Below, piece after piece: positions 1-9,779 of a stretch of DNA of 41,250 bases. The notes under the pieces were generated by a model that had not been told where the DNA came from, searched no databases, and saw nothing but the letters and a program-made list of their open reading frames with translations. The translations under genes were made by a program, and so were the position numbers. Where the stretch lies: the IMG/VR virus record IMGVR_UViG_3300020057_000067, positions 1 to 41,250 of that record; one strand, written 5' to 3'. Positions within the stretch are counted from its first letter, which is position 1; every line of letters starts with the position of its first letter. This DNA comes from a virus. Taxonomy: Duplodnaviria > Caudoviricetes.

Positions 1-1
1 C

Positions 2-436
2 ACCCATTCTGGCCCAGCACCGGACCCAAATGCACTGAGGCGCGACCGTCCAGCCGACAAGGCGCAGTGGATCACGCTCCCGTCACGTCGCGATGGCCCG
101 CTCCCTGTCTGGCCCCTGTCAGCAGCGACGGCACGCGAGCGTGTCCTGTGGGCCGATGTGTGGACGATGCCCCAGGCCGTCATGTGGGACGCCAACCGGC
201 AGTACATCGAGATCGCCATCTACATTCGCACCCTGCGCGATGCAGAGAAGTCGAAGGCAGCCGCTACGACACGCACCCTCCTGCGACAACAGCAGGAGGC
301 GCTGGGACTCAGCCTGCCGGGGCTGGCGCGCCTGCACTGGCGCATCGAGGGTGAGGCCGTGACCGCCAAGAGGACCGATGACCCAGCCCGCCGCACCGCC
401 CGAGAACGCTTCAAGGTCATCAGCCAAGCCTCCTGA
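2..436 (+). CDS. terS: Terminase small subunit (5' end outside the window)
   Basis: The frame is open from base 2: THSGPAPDPNALRRDR...LWADVWTMPQAVMW...LGLSLPGLARLHWRI. This resembles actinophage-type TerS and lies directly before TerL. Confidence 0.8.
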   Translation, partial: THSGPAPDPNALRRDRPADKAQWITLPSRRDGPLPVWPLSAATARERVLWADVWTMPQAVMWDANRQYIEIAIYIRTLRDAEKSKAAATTRTLLRQQQEALGLSLPGLARLHWRIEGEAVTAKRTDDPARRTARERFKVISQAS

Positions 437-2066
437 CCTCATCCTCGGCGTCGCTCTCGACTGGATCGAGCAGCACTGTGTCATCCCTGACGGCTTCCGC
501 AAGGGTCGCCGCCTCGCTCTGTACGACTGGCAGGTCAAGTATCTCGGCGGTTTCTACACCATCCGCGGCTCTGCCAGCTGGGTACCCTCAGACCCGGTCC
601 TGGCACCCGCCTTCACCTACCGCCGCGGGCTCATCGTCGGGCCTCAGAAGCTCGGCAAGGACCCGATGGTCGCCGCGCAGGTCTGCCTCGAAGCTGTCGG
701 CCCCGCGTTGTTCGGCGGCTGGGCTGGCAAGGATGACGGCTACGTCTGCGCCGAGCATGGCTGCGGCTGCGGCTGGGAAGCCGCCTACGAGCCGGGCGAG
801 CCGATGGGCATGTCGTGGCCGACCCCACTGATCCAGATCACAGCGGTCTCTGAAGAAGCCACAGAGAACACTTACGACGCACTCCGTCCGATGATCGAGG
901 ACGGGCCGCTCGCTGACATCATCCCCAAGACCGGCGAGGAGTTCATCCGCCTCCCGAATGGCGGGCGTATCGATACCGTCACCAGCTCCGCGCAGTCCCG
1001 CCTCGGGCAGCGCGTCACCCATGTGGTGCACGGCGAGGCCGGTCTGTACACCCGCTCCAACGGGATGCAGAAGGTCGCCGAGACGCAGTACCGCGGACTC
1101 GCCGGCATGGGTGGCCGGGCCTCGCTCCTGACGAATGCCTGGGACCCCGCCGAACACTCGGTAGCACAGCGACACTTCGACGCCGCCGAGCCAGACGTGC
1201 TCATCCAGTTCGCGCAGCCGCCATCAGGTCTGCGCTTCACGGTCCGCGAGGACCGCCGCCGCGTGCTACGCCACGTCTATCCGCCCGAGACATGGCGCGA
1301 GAATGGCGGCCATCTCGACCTCGACGCCATCGAAGCCGAGGCCGCGGACCTCGTCAAACATGACCCCGCACAGGCCGCGCGGTTCTTCGGCAACCAACTC
1401 GTCACCGGTTCGGGCAAGGCTTTCGAGCACGACGTGTGGGTCTCCCGCATCTCTGACCACACCGTGCCGGGCAGAGCACTCATCACCGCTGGCTTCGATG
1501 GCTCGAAGACCGGCGACCATACGGCGCTCATCGGCTGCGAAATCAGCACCGGGCACCTCTGGCCCATAGGCATCTGGGACCCCGCGGAGCACGGCGGCGA
1601 AGTCCCGCGCGACGCTGTGGACGCTGCCGTCGATGCGATGTTCGCGACGTACCGTGTCGCCCGGATGTACGCCGACCCGCCGTACTGGCAGGACGAGATC
1701 GCCGGCTGGCAGGGCCGCTACGGCGACAAGGTCGTCATCAAGTGGGCCACCTGGCGCAACCGGCAGGTGGGGTTTGCCTTCCGCGGCTTCGCCACTGCCA
1801 TCGCCGACGGCTCGCTCTCGCACCCCGGCGACCGGGTCTTTTCCCAGCACATCGAGAACGCCCAACGCAAGCCACTCACCGAACGCGACGACTCCGGCAA
1901 GAACCTCTGGTCCATCCAGAAGGAGACGCCTGACTCGGCCGCGAAGATCGACGCCGCGATGGCTGCGGTGCTGGCGTGGGAGGCCCGTATCGACGCCATC
2001 TCGACCGGCGCGCTCGTCCTGCAACCGCCCAGCGTCTACGAGACGCGCGGCATCACGTACCTCTAG
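378..2066 (+). CDS. terL: Terminase large subunit
   Basis: Walker A-like GPQKLGKD, ATPase-region QITAVSEEATEN, nuclease-domain GFDGSKTGDHT and KIDAAMAAVLA. Lies before the portal gene. Confidence 0.95.
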   Translation: MTQPAAPPENASRSSAKPPDLILGVALDWIEQHCVIPDGFRKGRRLALYDWQVKYLGGFYTIRGSASWVPSDPVLAPAFTYRRGLIVGPQKLGKDPMVAAQVCLEAVGPALFGGWAGKDDGYVCAEHGCGCGWEAAYEPGEPMGMSWPTPLIQITAVSEEATENTYDALRPMIEDGPLADIIPKTGEEFIRLPNGGRIDTVTSSAQSRLGQRVTHVVHGEAGLYTRSNGMQKVAETQYRGLAGMGGRASLLTNAWDPAEHSVAQRHFDAAEPDVLIQFAQPPSGLRFTVREDRRRVLRHVYPPETWRENGGHLDLDAIEAEAADLVKHDPAQAARFFGNQLVTGSGKAFEHDVWVSRISDHTVPGRALITAGFDGSKTGDHTALIGCEISTGHLWPIGIWDPAEHGGEVPRDAVDAAVDAMFATYRVARMYADPPYWQDEIAGWQGRYGDKVVIKWATWRNRQVGFAFRGFATAIADGSLSHPGDRVFSQHIENAQRKPLTERDDSGKNLWSIQKETPDSAAKIDAAMAAVLAWEARIDAISTGALVLQPPSVYETRGITYL

Positions 2067-2075
2067 GGAGTCCCG

Positions 2076-2267
2076 ATGCGACGTATCGCCGAATCGCTCT
2101 ACTCATTCCTCGCCGATACGGTCGGGCTCGAAGGTGCGTTCACTGCCGCCGGCCTCATCGGCCTGTCGTTCGTGGCATGGCAGATCGACTGGCTCGTGGG
2201 GCTCGCTGTCGTCTCGCTGGCATCGCTCGTCATCGGCATCGCGCTGGCGCGCCCCAAGGGAGTTTAG
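2076..2267 (+). CDS. Small membrane protein between TerL and portal
   Basis: 63 aa with two hydrophobic segments; GGAG RBS upstream. Confidence 0.65.
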   Translation: MRRIAESLYSFLADTVGLEGAFTAAGLIGLSFVAWQIDWLVGLAVVSLASLVIGIALARPKGV

Positions 2268-2270
2268 CTC

Positions 2271-3638
2271 GTGGGACTGCTCGCCCGTACCTGGGAACGC
2301 AAGGCCAGGACGCCTGGCATCGGATACCCGCACATCGGATGGGCACCGGCCAGTGGCGGGCGGCTGTCCACGACGGGCGTGTTCATCAACGATGAGACCG
2401 CCAACACCGTGGCCGCATGGTTCGCGGCTGTGCGCAAGGTGTCCAAGGACGTGGCGACACTGCCACTCATCACGTACCGGCGTGTGCAGTGGGCGGGCGC
2501 TGATGGCAGGGTCCGACCTGCCAAGGAGCGTGCCTACGATCATCCGCTCTACACACTGCTCCACGACGCGCCCAATCCACGGATGACGAGCATCACATTC
2601 CGCGAGACTCTGCAAGGCCACCTGTTGACGTGGGGCAACGCCTACGCCGAGAAGGAGCTGAACGGCCGTGGCGAGACTGTCGCACTGTGGCCTCTGCGCC
2701 CGGACCGCATAACGGTGACCATCGGCGACGACGGGCAGGTCGTGTATGAGTACACGGTCCGGCCGGGCACCGCTCCTGTCAGGCTGCCAAAGCGCAACGT
2801 CTTCCACATCCCCGGCTTCGGTTTCGATGGTCTCATCGGGTACTCGGTCCTCGCCCTCGCGCGCGAGACGTTGGGCCAGACCGTCAGCCTGCGTGAATAC
2901 GGCAGCCGCGTGCTGGCCAACGACGCCCGCCCCGGCGTCATTTTGAAACACCCAGGCCAGTTGTCCGACCCGGCCATCAAGCACCTGCGCGACTCGTGGG
3001 AGGCATCGCACGGCGGCTTCTCCAACGCCGGCCGCACGGCCATCATCGAGGAAGGCATGGACGTCACCGTGCTCGGCCTGCCGCGCGAGGACATGTTGTT
3101 CCTTGCGGCGCAGAAGTGGCAAGTGGCGGACATCGCCCGCTGGATCGACATCGCGCCCCACAAGATCGGCGACCTCGAACACGCGACCTTTTCGAACATC
3201 GAGGAACAGAACATCGACCACGCCTGGACGCTCCAGTCGCATCTCAGCAAGTGGGAACAGCAGATCAAGCTGGACCTCATCACTGACCCAGACATGTTCA
3301 CCGAGCACCTGCTCGACGCCGCGCTCCGCGGCAAGACGCTGGAGCGTTACCAGGCTCTCGCGATGGGCATCGCCAGCCGAGCCCTGACCCCCAATGAATG
3401 GCGCGAGAAAGAGAACTGGAACCCCGTCGAATGGGGCGACGAACCTATCAGCTCGCCCAATAACGACACGCGAGACCCTCGCTTCGAGGACGTCGGCGCA
3501 CTCATCCGCGCAGGTTTCGAGCCTCTGGCCGCGCTGGTCGCCGTGGGTCTTCCGCCTATCGCTCATACCGGCCTGCTTCCCGTGACGGTGCAGGTACAGG
3601 ACCCCCCACAGTCTGGACAGGAGCCAGTAGCCGCATGA
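2271..3638 (+). CDS. Portal protein, HK97 family
   Basis: LLHDAPNPRMT, GNAYAE, LWPLRPDR, FHIPGFGFDGLIGYS, HATFSNIEEQ and TPNEWREKEN motifs. Confidence 0.95.
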   Translation: MGLLARTWERKARTPGIGYPHIGWAPASGGRLSTTGVFINDETANTVAAWFAAVRKVSKDVATLPLITYRRVQWAGADGRVRPAKERAYDHPLYTLLHDAPNPRMTSITFRETLQGHLLTWGNAYAEKELNGRGETVALWPLRPDRITVTIGDDGQVVYEYTVRPGTAPVRLPKRNVFHIPGFGFDGLIGYSVLALARETLGQTVSLREYGSRVLANDARPGVILKHPGQLSDPAIKHLRDSWEASHGGFSNAGRTAIIEEGMDVTVLGLPREDMLFLAAQKWQVADIARWIDIAPHKIGDLEHATFSNIEEQNIDHAWTLQSHLSKWEQQIKLDLITDPDMFTEHLLDAALRGKTLERYQALAMGIASRALTPNEWREKENWNPVEWGDEPISSPNNDTRDPRFEDVGALIRAGFEPLAALVAVGLPPIAHTGLLPVTVQVQDPPQSGQEPVAA

Positions 3639-4372
3639 ACCGCAAGATGTTCGCCGATGGCGAAGTGAAACTCGAAGACACCGGGCACCTTACCGCAGCG
3701 TTCGCCCAGCTCAACGTCATCGACTCCGACGGTGATATCACCGTCAAGGGCGCGTTCCCGAGCAAAAACGTGGTCCTGTCTGCCTACGGGCATACCTCGT
3801 GGGACGGCGCGCTGCCACTGGGCCGCGGCTCTATCAAGGAGGATGGCGACTGGGCCGTCTTCGATGGGCAGTTCTTCCTCGACACCACGCACGGGCGCGA
3901 CGCCTTCGCCACCGTCAAGGGCCTCGGCGAGCTGGCCGAGTATTCATACGGCTTCAACATCCTCGACTCCCGCCCCGTCACCGTGGACGGCAAGTCCACC
4001 CGTGAGCTGCGGAGCCTCGATGTCTTCGAGGTATCCCCGGTGCTCAAGGGCGCTGGCGTCGGGACTCACACACGCGCACTCAAGAGCGGCGCCCTGGGAC
4101 CGGGCGCGTCGTTGGTCGATGAGGCTGCCTGGAACCTTGGCAACTTCGCGGCATTCCTTGAGCGCGTGGACGCTCGCAAGGCGCTGCGAGACGACGAGGG
4201 CCGCAAGCTCTCACGCGTCCAGCTCGCCACCCTCGCTGACTGCGAGGAAGCGGGCGCCAAGTACCTCGCTGCGCTCCGCGAACTGCGGACGCTCCCAGAG
4301 GAAGCGGCAGCCGCCAAACGGCGCCTCGCCATGCTCATCGCCGAGGCAGAAGCCCTCGGCGTGACCGTCTGA
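3635..4372 (+). CDS. Prohead maturation protease, HK97 type
   Basis: DSDGDITVKGAF, YGH, YSYGF and FEVSPVLKGA motifs; lies between portal and capsid genes. Confidence 0.9.
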   Translation: MNRKMFADGEVKLEDTGHLTAAFAQLNVIDSDGDITVKGAFPSKNVVLSAYGHTSWDGALPLGRGSIKEDGDWAVFDGQFFLDTTHGRDAFATVKGLGELAEYSYGFNILDSRPVTVDGKSTRELRSLDVFEVSPVLKGAGVGTHTRALKSGALGPGASLVDEAAWNLGNFAAFLERVDARKALRDDEGRKLSRVQLATLADCEEAGAKYLAALRELRTLPEEAAAAKRRLAMLIAEAEALGVTV

Positions 4373-4400
4373 CCTAACCCCCCCCGACTCCCACCCCGGA

Positions 4401-4419
4401 CCCGCTACGGCGGGCTTTT
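4401..4419 (+). terminator. Terminator-like hairpin before the capsid gene
   Basis: CCCGC-TACG-GCGGG followed by CTTTT. Confidence 0.4.
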
Positions 4420-4448
4420 CGGCGTGGGCCCCGAACAGGAGCACCACA

Positions 4449-5699
4449 GTGGCTACTCTCTCCGAACTCAAAACCCTCTACGAGGCCAAGCGACAGGAGC
4501 ACGGCGCGTTCCTCGCGACGTTCCCCACCAACTCCGCTGGCGAGCGCGACATGCCGACCGACAAGGTCGGCGAGTTCCAGACGCGAGTCAAGGAACTGTC
4601 GGACATCATGGACCAGCGGACGGCCGCTGCCGAGGCCGAGACCGCTGCTGTGAAGCTGGACGCCAAGCTGGCTGACAGCGACCGCAAGGACCGGTCCGTC
4701 GGTCGTCTCGTCAAGGACGGCGCCGATATCGAGCACAAGGACTCCGGCATCCAGACGAAGTCCGACCTGGACGCTGCGTTCCGCAAGGGCTTCCAGTCCA
4801 ACGCCGACATGCTCAAGCATCTCGCCAGCGGCGGCACCGGCACGGCGCGCTTCGAGATCGGCGCCGATCTCAAGACCGTCGTGTCCCTCGGGACCTCCTA
4901 CACCACGCAGGCGTCACAGATCGGCCGTGCCGAGAGTGCGCTGCACTTCGGCGATGTCGAGCCGTACTTCCCTTCGGGGCAGACGAACAGCGCATCTATC
5001 GTCGGCTACATCCAGACGACCGACACCGACAACACGGCGTACGTGGCTGAGGTGACGGCTGCTACGGACTCCGCCTTCGTGTGGACGGCCGTGACCGATG
5101 AGGTCGAGGACGTGCAGACGTGGATCCCGATCTCGCGCAACCTGCTCAGCGATGAGCCTGCGATGCAGTCGACCATCACGGGCATGCTCGCCAAGCGCCT
5201 GCAAAAGAAGGTCAGCAGCAGCATCCTGGTCGGCACCGGTACCACGCCGATCATCTGGGGCGTGTTCATCCGCACCGGCTTCCAGACCGTGGCCAAAGGC
5301 GCCGACCCGACGATGGACGCTGTCCACAAGGCCATCACCAAGGTCGCCGTCACGGGCGACGCCGACCCCAACCTCGCGGTGTTCCACCCCAACGACTGGC
5401 AGGACATCCGCCTGCACCGCACGAACGATGGCGTCTACATCCTCGGCAATCCCGCCGAGGCTGGCCCGATGCGCCTCTGGGGCCTCCCCGTCGTCGTCTC
5501 CTCGGGCATGACCGAGCACACCGGCGGAGTGGTCGATACGAGCTACACGACCATCTTCAACAACGGTGGCGTGACGGTGGAAGTCTCCACCGAGCACAGC
5601 ACGTACTTCACCGAGCGCAAGCTGGCGCTGGCGATGAGCCGGCGCCTCGCCGCGTTCCACTATCGCCCGTCGGCCGCGGCCACGATCACGGGCATCTGA
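4449..5699 (+). CDS. Major capsid protein, HK97 fold, with N-terminal scaffold (delta) domain
   Basis: Coiled N-terminus; WIPISRNLLSD, ILVGTGT, FHPNDWQDIRL, RLWGLPVVVS and YRPSA motifs; AGGAG RBS with GTG start. Confidence 0.93.
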   Translation: MATLSELKTLYEAKRQEHGAFLATFPTNSAGERDMPTDKVGEFQTRVKELSDIMDQRTAAAEAETAAVKLDAKLADSDRKDRSVGRLVKDGADIEHKDSGIQTKSDLDAAFRKGFQSNADMLKHLASGGTGTARFEIGADLKTVVSLGTSYTTQASQIGRAESALHFGDVEPYFPSGQTNSASIVGYIQTTDTDNTAYVAEVTAATDSAFVWTAVTDEVEDVQTWIPISRNLLSDEPAMQSTITGMLAKRLQKKVSSSILVGTGTTPIIWGVFIRTGFQTVAKGADPTMDAVHKAITKVAVTGDADPNLAVFHPNDWQDIRLHRTNDGVYILGNPAEAGPMRLWGLPVVVSSGMTEHTGGVVDTSYTTIFNNGGVTVEVSTEHSTYFTERKLALAMSRRLAAFHYRPSAAATITGI

Positions 5700-5702
5700 G
5701 CG

Positions 5703-6194
5703 ATGCCTGTCATCAGTGGCGGCCAGGTCCTCCAGCCTGGTCGCATCCTCTTCGAGGAAGTCACGTTCACCGAGGCAGGCGCCGCCGGCACATACGCCGG
5801 TAGCGTCACCGTCCCCGCGTACTCGTGGCTCCTGGACATCAAGCTCTACAACCTCACCTATTGGGGCGCTGGCACCAGCGCCACGATGAAGGTCGGTGAC
5901 GCTGCCGTAACCGACGGCTGGTTCACCGGCCTCAACCTCAAGACGACGGATATCGTGGACTTCACGACCGGCGCCAACGCCGAGGTCATCGACTTCAACA
6001 ACGCCGGAGGCAAGCCCGGTGGCTACCTCGTGGCGGCTACGGGTGAGCGCGAACTGATGTTCGCGACCACCGAACGCGTCATCACTGGGCACGTCACCAC
6101 GGTGGGTGCCACGTCCTCCGTCGGACGCACCCGCATGGTCGTGATGTACACGGACCCCACGACGGCCACCGTCGCCCTCTACACCGCCACCTGA
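5703..6194 (+). CDS. Putative capsid decoration or virion protein
   Basis: Beta-rich and T/G/A-rich, immediately after the capsid gene; ATMKVGDAAVTDGWF resembles decoration-type proteins. Confidence 0.55.
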   Translation: MPVISGGQVLQPGRILFEEVTFTEAGAAGTYAGSVTVPAYSWLLDIKLYNLTYWGAGTSATMKVGDAAVTDGWFTGLNLKTTDIVDFTTGANAEVIDFNNAGGKPGGYLVAATGERELMFATTERVITGHVTTVGATSSVGRTRMVVMYTDPTTATVALYTAT

Positions 6195-6388
6195 TGACGG
6201 TCTACGTGACCGCCGATAGGTCTCGGGTCGTCCGCATGGATGACCCCGAGGCCGCATTCGGCGTTGCCGAGGCTGATATCGACAGCCTCGGCCTGCGAGC
6301 TGCTCTTGACGCCTTCGAGGCGCCTGAGCAGCTCAAGGAACTTCCCAAGCCTAACGACAAGGCCGCGAAGCGGCCACTCACCAAGTAA
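6194..6388 (+). CDS. Small head-region protein
   Basis: Coupled TGATG start; basic PNDKAAKRP tail typical of small genes after the capsid gene. Confidence 0.6.
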   Translation: MTVYVTADRSRVVRMDDPEAAFGVAEADIDSLGLRAALDAFEAPEQLKELPKPNDKAAKRPLTK

Positions 6389-6399
6389 GGAGTCACGGG

Positions 6400-6987
6400 A
6401 TGTCATACCCCGAAGCGGGCTACGACCTGCTGCCGCGCTATAACCTCACCCGCCAGGGCAAGGTCTTCACCGGCAACATCGCGGCAGCCGGAGTCGTGCT
6501 GCCCATCTACAGCAACAACACGCAGCAATGCGGCCTCTGGAACCCGGCCGGGACGGGCGTCGACCTGGTCCTGCTCCGGGTCGCCATGACGTACGTGAGC
6601 ACGACGGGCGCCGCTGGCGGCTACGTCATCAGTCAACTGACGGGCCTCGGCTCGGCCGTCGCGACTGGCTCGAGCATCACGGCATTCACCGAAACGGCCG
6701 CTGTCTCTGACTACCCAGGCGGCGGGTTCACCTCGGTCGCCAAGTTCGGCCAGGGCGCGACCCTGACCGTGGTCGGCGCGTCCGTCACCATCAAGCGTGG
6801 CCTCGGTATCAACCAGCTCGTCACCACTGCCGCTGACGCGACCACGGTGCCGTGGAAGGCCGACATCGACTTCGACGGGGACGTCGTAATCACGCCCGGT
6901 TCGGCCATCTTCCTCGCTGGCAACATCGCCACCCTCACGACCTGGTCCGGCTCCCTCACGTGGGCCGAGGTCTCCCGGGTCGCGTGA
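6400..6987 (+). CDS. Putative virion structural protein (beta-rich)
   Basis: AAGGAG RBS; T/G/A-rich; ends SLTWAEV; resembles 9281-9775 in its C-terminal pattern. Confidence 0.6.
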   Translation: MSYPEAGYDLLPRYNLTRQGKVFTGNIAAAGVVLPIYSNNTQQCGLWNPAGTGVDLVLLRVAMTYVSTTGAAGGYVISQLTGLGSAVATGSSITAFTETAAVSDYPGGGFTSVAKFGQGATLTVVGASVTIKRGLGINQLVTTAADATTVPWKADIDFDGDVVITPGSAIFLAGNIATLTTWSGSLTWAEVSRVA

Positions 6988-7142
6988 GGCTGTTCCCGCC
7001 TGTCCAGGTTTCCGCCTGCGCCCGTTGCGGGCGCGTCCTGCGCGAGCGCAGGCGGAAGCCCTGCCCATCCTGCGGCGACACACGCCGCGATCTCGCCCGC
7101 CATGCCAGCGAGTCCATCGGCATCAAGGACCGCGCCAGCTAA
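6984..7142 (+). CDS. Small CxxC...CxxC zinc-ribbon protein (52 aa)
   Basis: GTGA overlap with the previous stop; MRLFPPVQVSACARCGRVLRERRRKPCPSCGDTRRDLARHASESIGIKDRAS. Confidence 0.55.
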   Translation: MRLFPPVQVSACARCGRVLRERRRKPCPSCGDTRRDLARHASESIGIKDRAS

Positions 7143-7158
7143 GTCAAAGGAGTACACG

Positions 7159-7983
7159 TTGAACGTCATCCGCTTTGGGCGGCGCAAGCCGACCACGCGC
7201 GTCGAACCGTTGTCGGATGGCGCGCTGCTCCACACCCTGCGCGATCATCGCGTCGTGGACTCACTGCGCCTCGGTCCCAATGAGGTGCACGCCTTCATCA
7301 CGCACTCCGATGGGTCCATCACGGACCTCGGAGTCAGTCACAACGTGCTCACCACGTCATCGGCCGGCGGCCGAGACCAGATGGCGGCACTCGCTGGCGG
7401 GCTCACCGCCACGGGCGGGCAGGGCTCTCCTGCCACCGGCGCGAATGCTACGACCTTCACCGCTACCGCCACGCCCTGGACCTTGAACCTCCTGGCCGGG
7501 ATGCAGGTCGTTTTCCCCATCACGGGCCTGACCACTACCCCTGTCTTCGGGCGCATCGTGTCCAACACGACATCGGTCGCCACGGTGGATGGCTGGTGGG
7601 CACCGGACGGCACCACGGCGGGCACCACGCCCGCGGGTACCAGCGCCTTCATGATCATGCCGGGACACGCACCTGCCAAGTTCATGGCCTTGACCGAGAA
7701 CGCCGGCGCCGCGTCTGCCGCGAGCACCACGCTGACAGGCGAGATCACCACGGGCGGCTGTAGCCGCGCACTGGCCACCTATGCCCACACGCTGGCGTCC
7801 GCTACGTACACCTTGCAGAAGGCATTCAGCGTCACGGCTTCCTTCCCCGCGATCCACAAGATGGGCATCTTCCCATTCTCGGGCGCCAACGGGACGCTGA
7901 TGTTCGAAAGCGTGCTGAACGCAGACGCGACAGTGGTATCAGGGGACTCCCTGACCGTAACTGATACAGTCACTGCCAGCTAG
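7159..7983 (+). CDS. Putative fibre or filament subunit (virion protein)
   Basis: AAGGAG then TTG at 7159; Thr/Ala/Gly-rich; C-terminal TTLTGEIT...TYTLQKAF...GTLMF...VVSGDSLTVT pattern seen in phage fibre subunits. Confidence 0.6.
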   Translation: MNVIRFGRRKPTTRVEPLSDGALLHTLRDHRVVDSLRLGPNEVHAFITHSDGSITDLGVSHNVLTTSSAGGRDQMAALAGGLTATGGQGSPATGANATTFTATATPWTLNLLAGMQVVFPITGLTTTPVFGRIVSNTTSVATVDGWWAPDGTTAGTTPAGTSAFMIMPGHAPAKFMALTENAGAASAASTTLTGEITTGGCSRALATYAHTLASATYTLQKAFSVTASFPAIHKMGIFPFSGANGTLMFESVLNADATVVSGDSLTVTDTVTAS

Positions 7984-7986
7984 GGG

Positions 7987-8271
7987 ATGTCCCTGCTCAT
8001 CGATACGTTCTGGACCGAGGCATCCACCCGGCTCGCACAGGCTGGGTGGATCATCACGGAAGGCACGCGCTATGACCCGACGCACGTCATCGGCGTCACG
8101 CCGACGGGCAAGGCGTTCGCGCTGGATATCGTGGATGGCGTCGTCACCGTCACGGTAGCGGGCAGGACACGCTCCACCACCATCGCCAGCCGCGAGGATT
8201 GGGAGGATGGCACGAAGTCCGTGGAGCTCCTGCTGGCTACCCATGCCAGCTTCCCGGCCAATCAGCGATGA
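7987..8271 (+). CDS. Hypothetical protein
   Basis: 94-aa ORF tightly packed in the operon. Confidence 0.55.
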   Translation: MSLLIDTFWTEASTRLAQAGWIITEGTRYDPTHVIGVTPTGKAFALDIVDGVVTVTVAGRTRSTTIASREDWEDGTKSVELLLATHASFPANQR

Positions 8272-8591
8272 GTCACGGTGAGAACAAGCCCGCCAACCGG
8301 CGCACCCCTGCCCCGGAGTGTCGGCTCGGCGGTCCCTGCGACCTCGTGAGTCGTGAGTCCATCTACGGCTACAGCCACAGGTACAGCGCGGGCATCGCCC
8401 AGTGCTTGCGTTGTTCCGTGGTCTATGAGCCTGTCGAGTGGCAGCGTCGCGCCTGTGGCTACTGCGCCCTTGAGTACGGCGAGTCGCTGCATGACCCCTG
8501 CCTCGGTCACATCCCCGGCGTGCTGGCGGCCTGTTGCGGCCACGGTGACCCCGGTGAGCGGTATGGCGTGCCTGATGGCTGGGCCGCCTGA
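8268..8591 (+). CDS. Cys-rich hypothetical protein
   Basis: ATGA overlap; CLRC, CGYC and DPCLGHIPGVLAACCGHG. Confidence 0.55.
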   Translation: MSHGENKPANRRTPAPECRLGGPCDLVSRESIYGYSHRYSAGIAQCLRCSVVYEPVEWQRRACGYCALEYGESLHDPCLGHIPGVLAACCGHGDPGERYGVPDGWAA

Positions 8592-9271
8592 TGGCAGCCT
8601 CTTTCGTCAAGAACGTAGGCTCGACCACTTTCTCGATGGCGACGACGGCATCGGTCACCGTCCCCGCCGCGGGCGTGGCATCCGGCGACCTGCTCGTCGT
8701 CGAGTACGTGGTAAACTCTGGTGCCACCGCGCCGAGCATCAGTGACACCAAGGGCAACACCTGGACGAAGCGCATCAACGACATCGGCGCCGACCCGTAC
8801 CTGACGGTATGGGAGAGCTTCATCAGCATCGCGCTCGTGTCGGGCAACACCATCACCGTCTCATTTAGCTCGACTACCGGCGCATTCGGTGTCGAACAGT
8901 TCTCCGGCGTCGCCACCTACGACGCGCAGAACAGCGGCACAGGCTCAGGCACGGCGCTCGCGTCGGGGACCATCAGTCCTGCTGGCGTCGGACTCATCGT
9001 CGGCGTCGGAGCATGGGGCAATACCCGCGTCAGGACCGAGGACACCGATACCAACGGCGGCTCTGGCTGGACCTCGCTGACTCAGCTCAGTCCGTCGAGC
9101 GGTCGCTACGCGGCACCGGCATACAAGGTCACCACGAGCGCGGCGACGCAGGGCTACGACCCGACGCTTAACACGACCGCTGGATGGGCCGCCGTCGTCA
9201 TCGCGTACAACGAGACGGCCAGCGGCAGCGTCCCGAAGTCCAGTCCCATGCCCCAACTGCTGAGTCATTAG
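8591..9271 (+). CDS. Putative virion protein with adhesin-like beta-sandwich
   Basis: SGDLLVV, SISDTKGNTWT, EQFSGV and WAAVVIAY motifs; S/T/G-rich. Confidence 0.6.
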   Translation: MAASFVKNVGSTTFSMATTASVTVPAAGVASGDLLVVEYVVNSGATAPSISDTKGNTWTKRINDIGADPYLTVWESFISIALVSGNTITVSFSSTTGAFGVEQFSGVATYDAQNSGTGSGTALASGTISPAGVGLIVGVGAWGNTRVRTEDTDTNGGSGWTSLTQLSPSSGRYAAPAYKVTTSAATQGYDPTLNTTAGWAAVVIAYNETASGSVPKSSPMPQLLSH

Positions 9272-9280
9272 GAGACCCCG

Positions 9281-9775
9281 ATGGCGTCCGTCTACACCGT
9301 CACGATGGAAAACCAGACCGTCGTCGCCGACGCGACGCTCGTGATCGTGCGCGCTGCCACCGCGGTCACGGCGCGCGCCTCATTGCTCGAAGTGCTACGC
9401 GTCACGGTGAGCCAGCAGGGCACGGCCACGAACCAGCAGCTCGGCGTCATCCTCGGTATGAAAGCATCCGCCTTCGGCACCTACACCGCCGCGACCCCTG
9501 CCCCGCACGCCATCAACGGCGTGGCCTCCGGCATCACCGGCAGCACCTCTGGGGCAGCAGCAGGAGCGGGCACCGACGCCTCTGCCGAAGGTGCCGGCAC
9601 CGTCACCACCACGCTGACGGAAAGTTTCAGCGTGGTGAACGGCTGGCTCTGGGTGCCGACCCCAGAGGAACGCATCCTCATCCAGCCGGACACCGCCTTC
9701 ATCGTGAAGCTCCGCGGCACCCCGACGACGCTGACCGGTTGGAACGCCACGCTGACTTTCCGCGAGATCTCCTAA
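9281..9775 (+). CDS. Putative virion structural protein
   Basis: AGGAG RBS; GWLWVPTPEERI...ATLTFREI. Confidence 0.6.
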   Translation: MASVYTVTMENQTVVADATLVIVRAATAVTARASLLEVLRVTVSQQGTATNQQLGVILGMKASAFGTYTAATPAPHAINGVASGITGSTSGAAAGAGTDASAEGAGTVTTTLTESFSVVNGWLWVPTPEERILIQPDTAFIVKLRGTPTTLTGWNATLTFREIS

Positions 9776-9779
9776 GGCG

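Noticed and set aside
2103-6257. Long minus-strand ORFs (2103-3566, 4914-6257) and similar ones such as 27405-28793 and 34953-36266
   Set aside because: Shadow ORFs of high-GC coding sequence opposite well-supported genes; no motifs.
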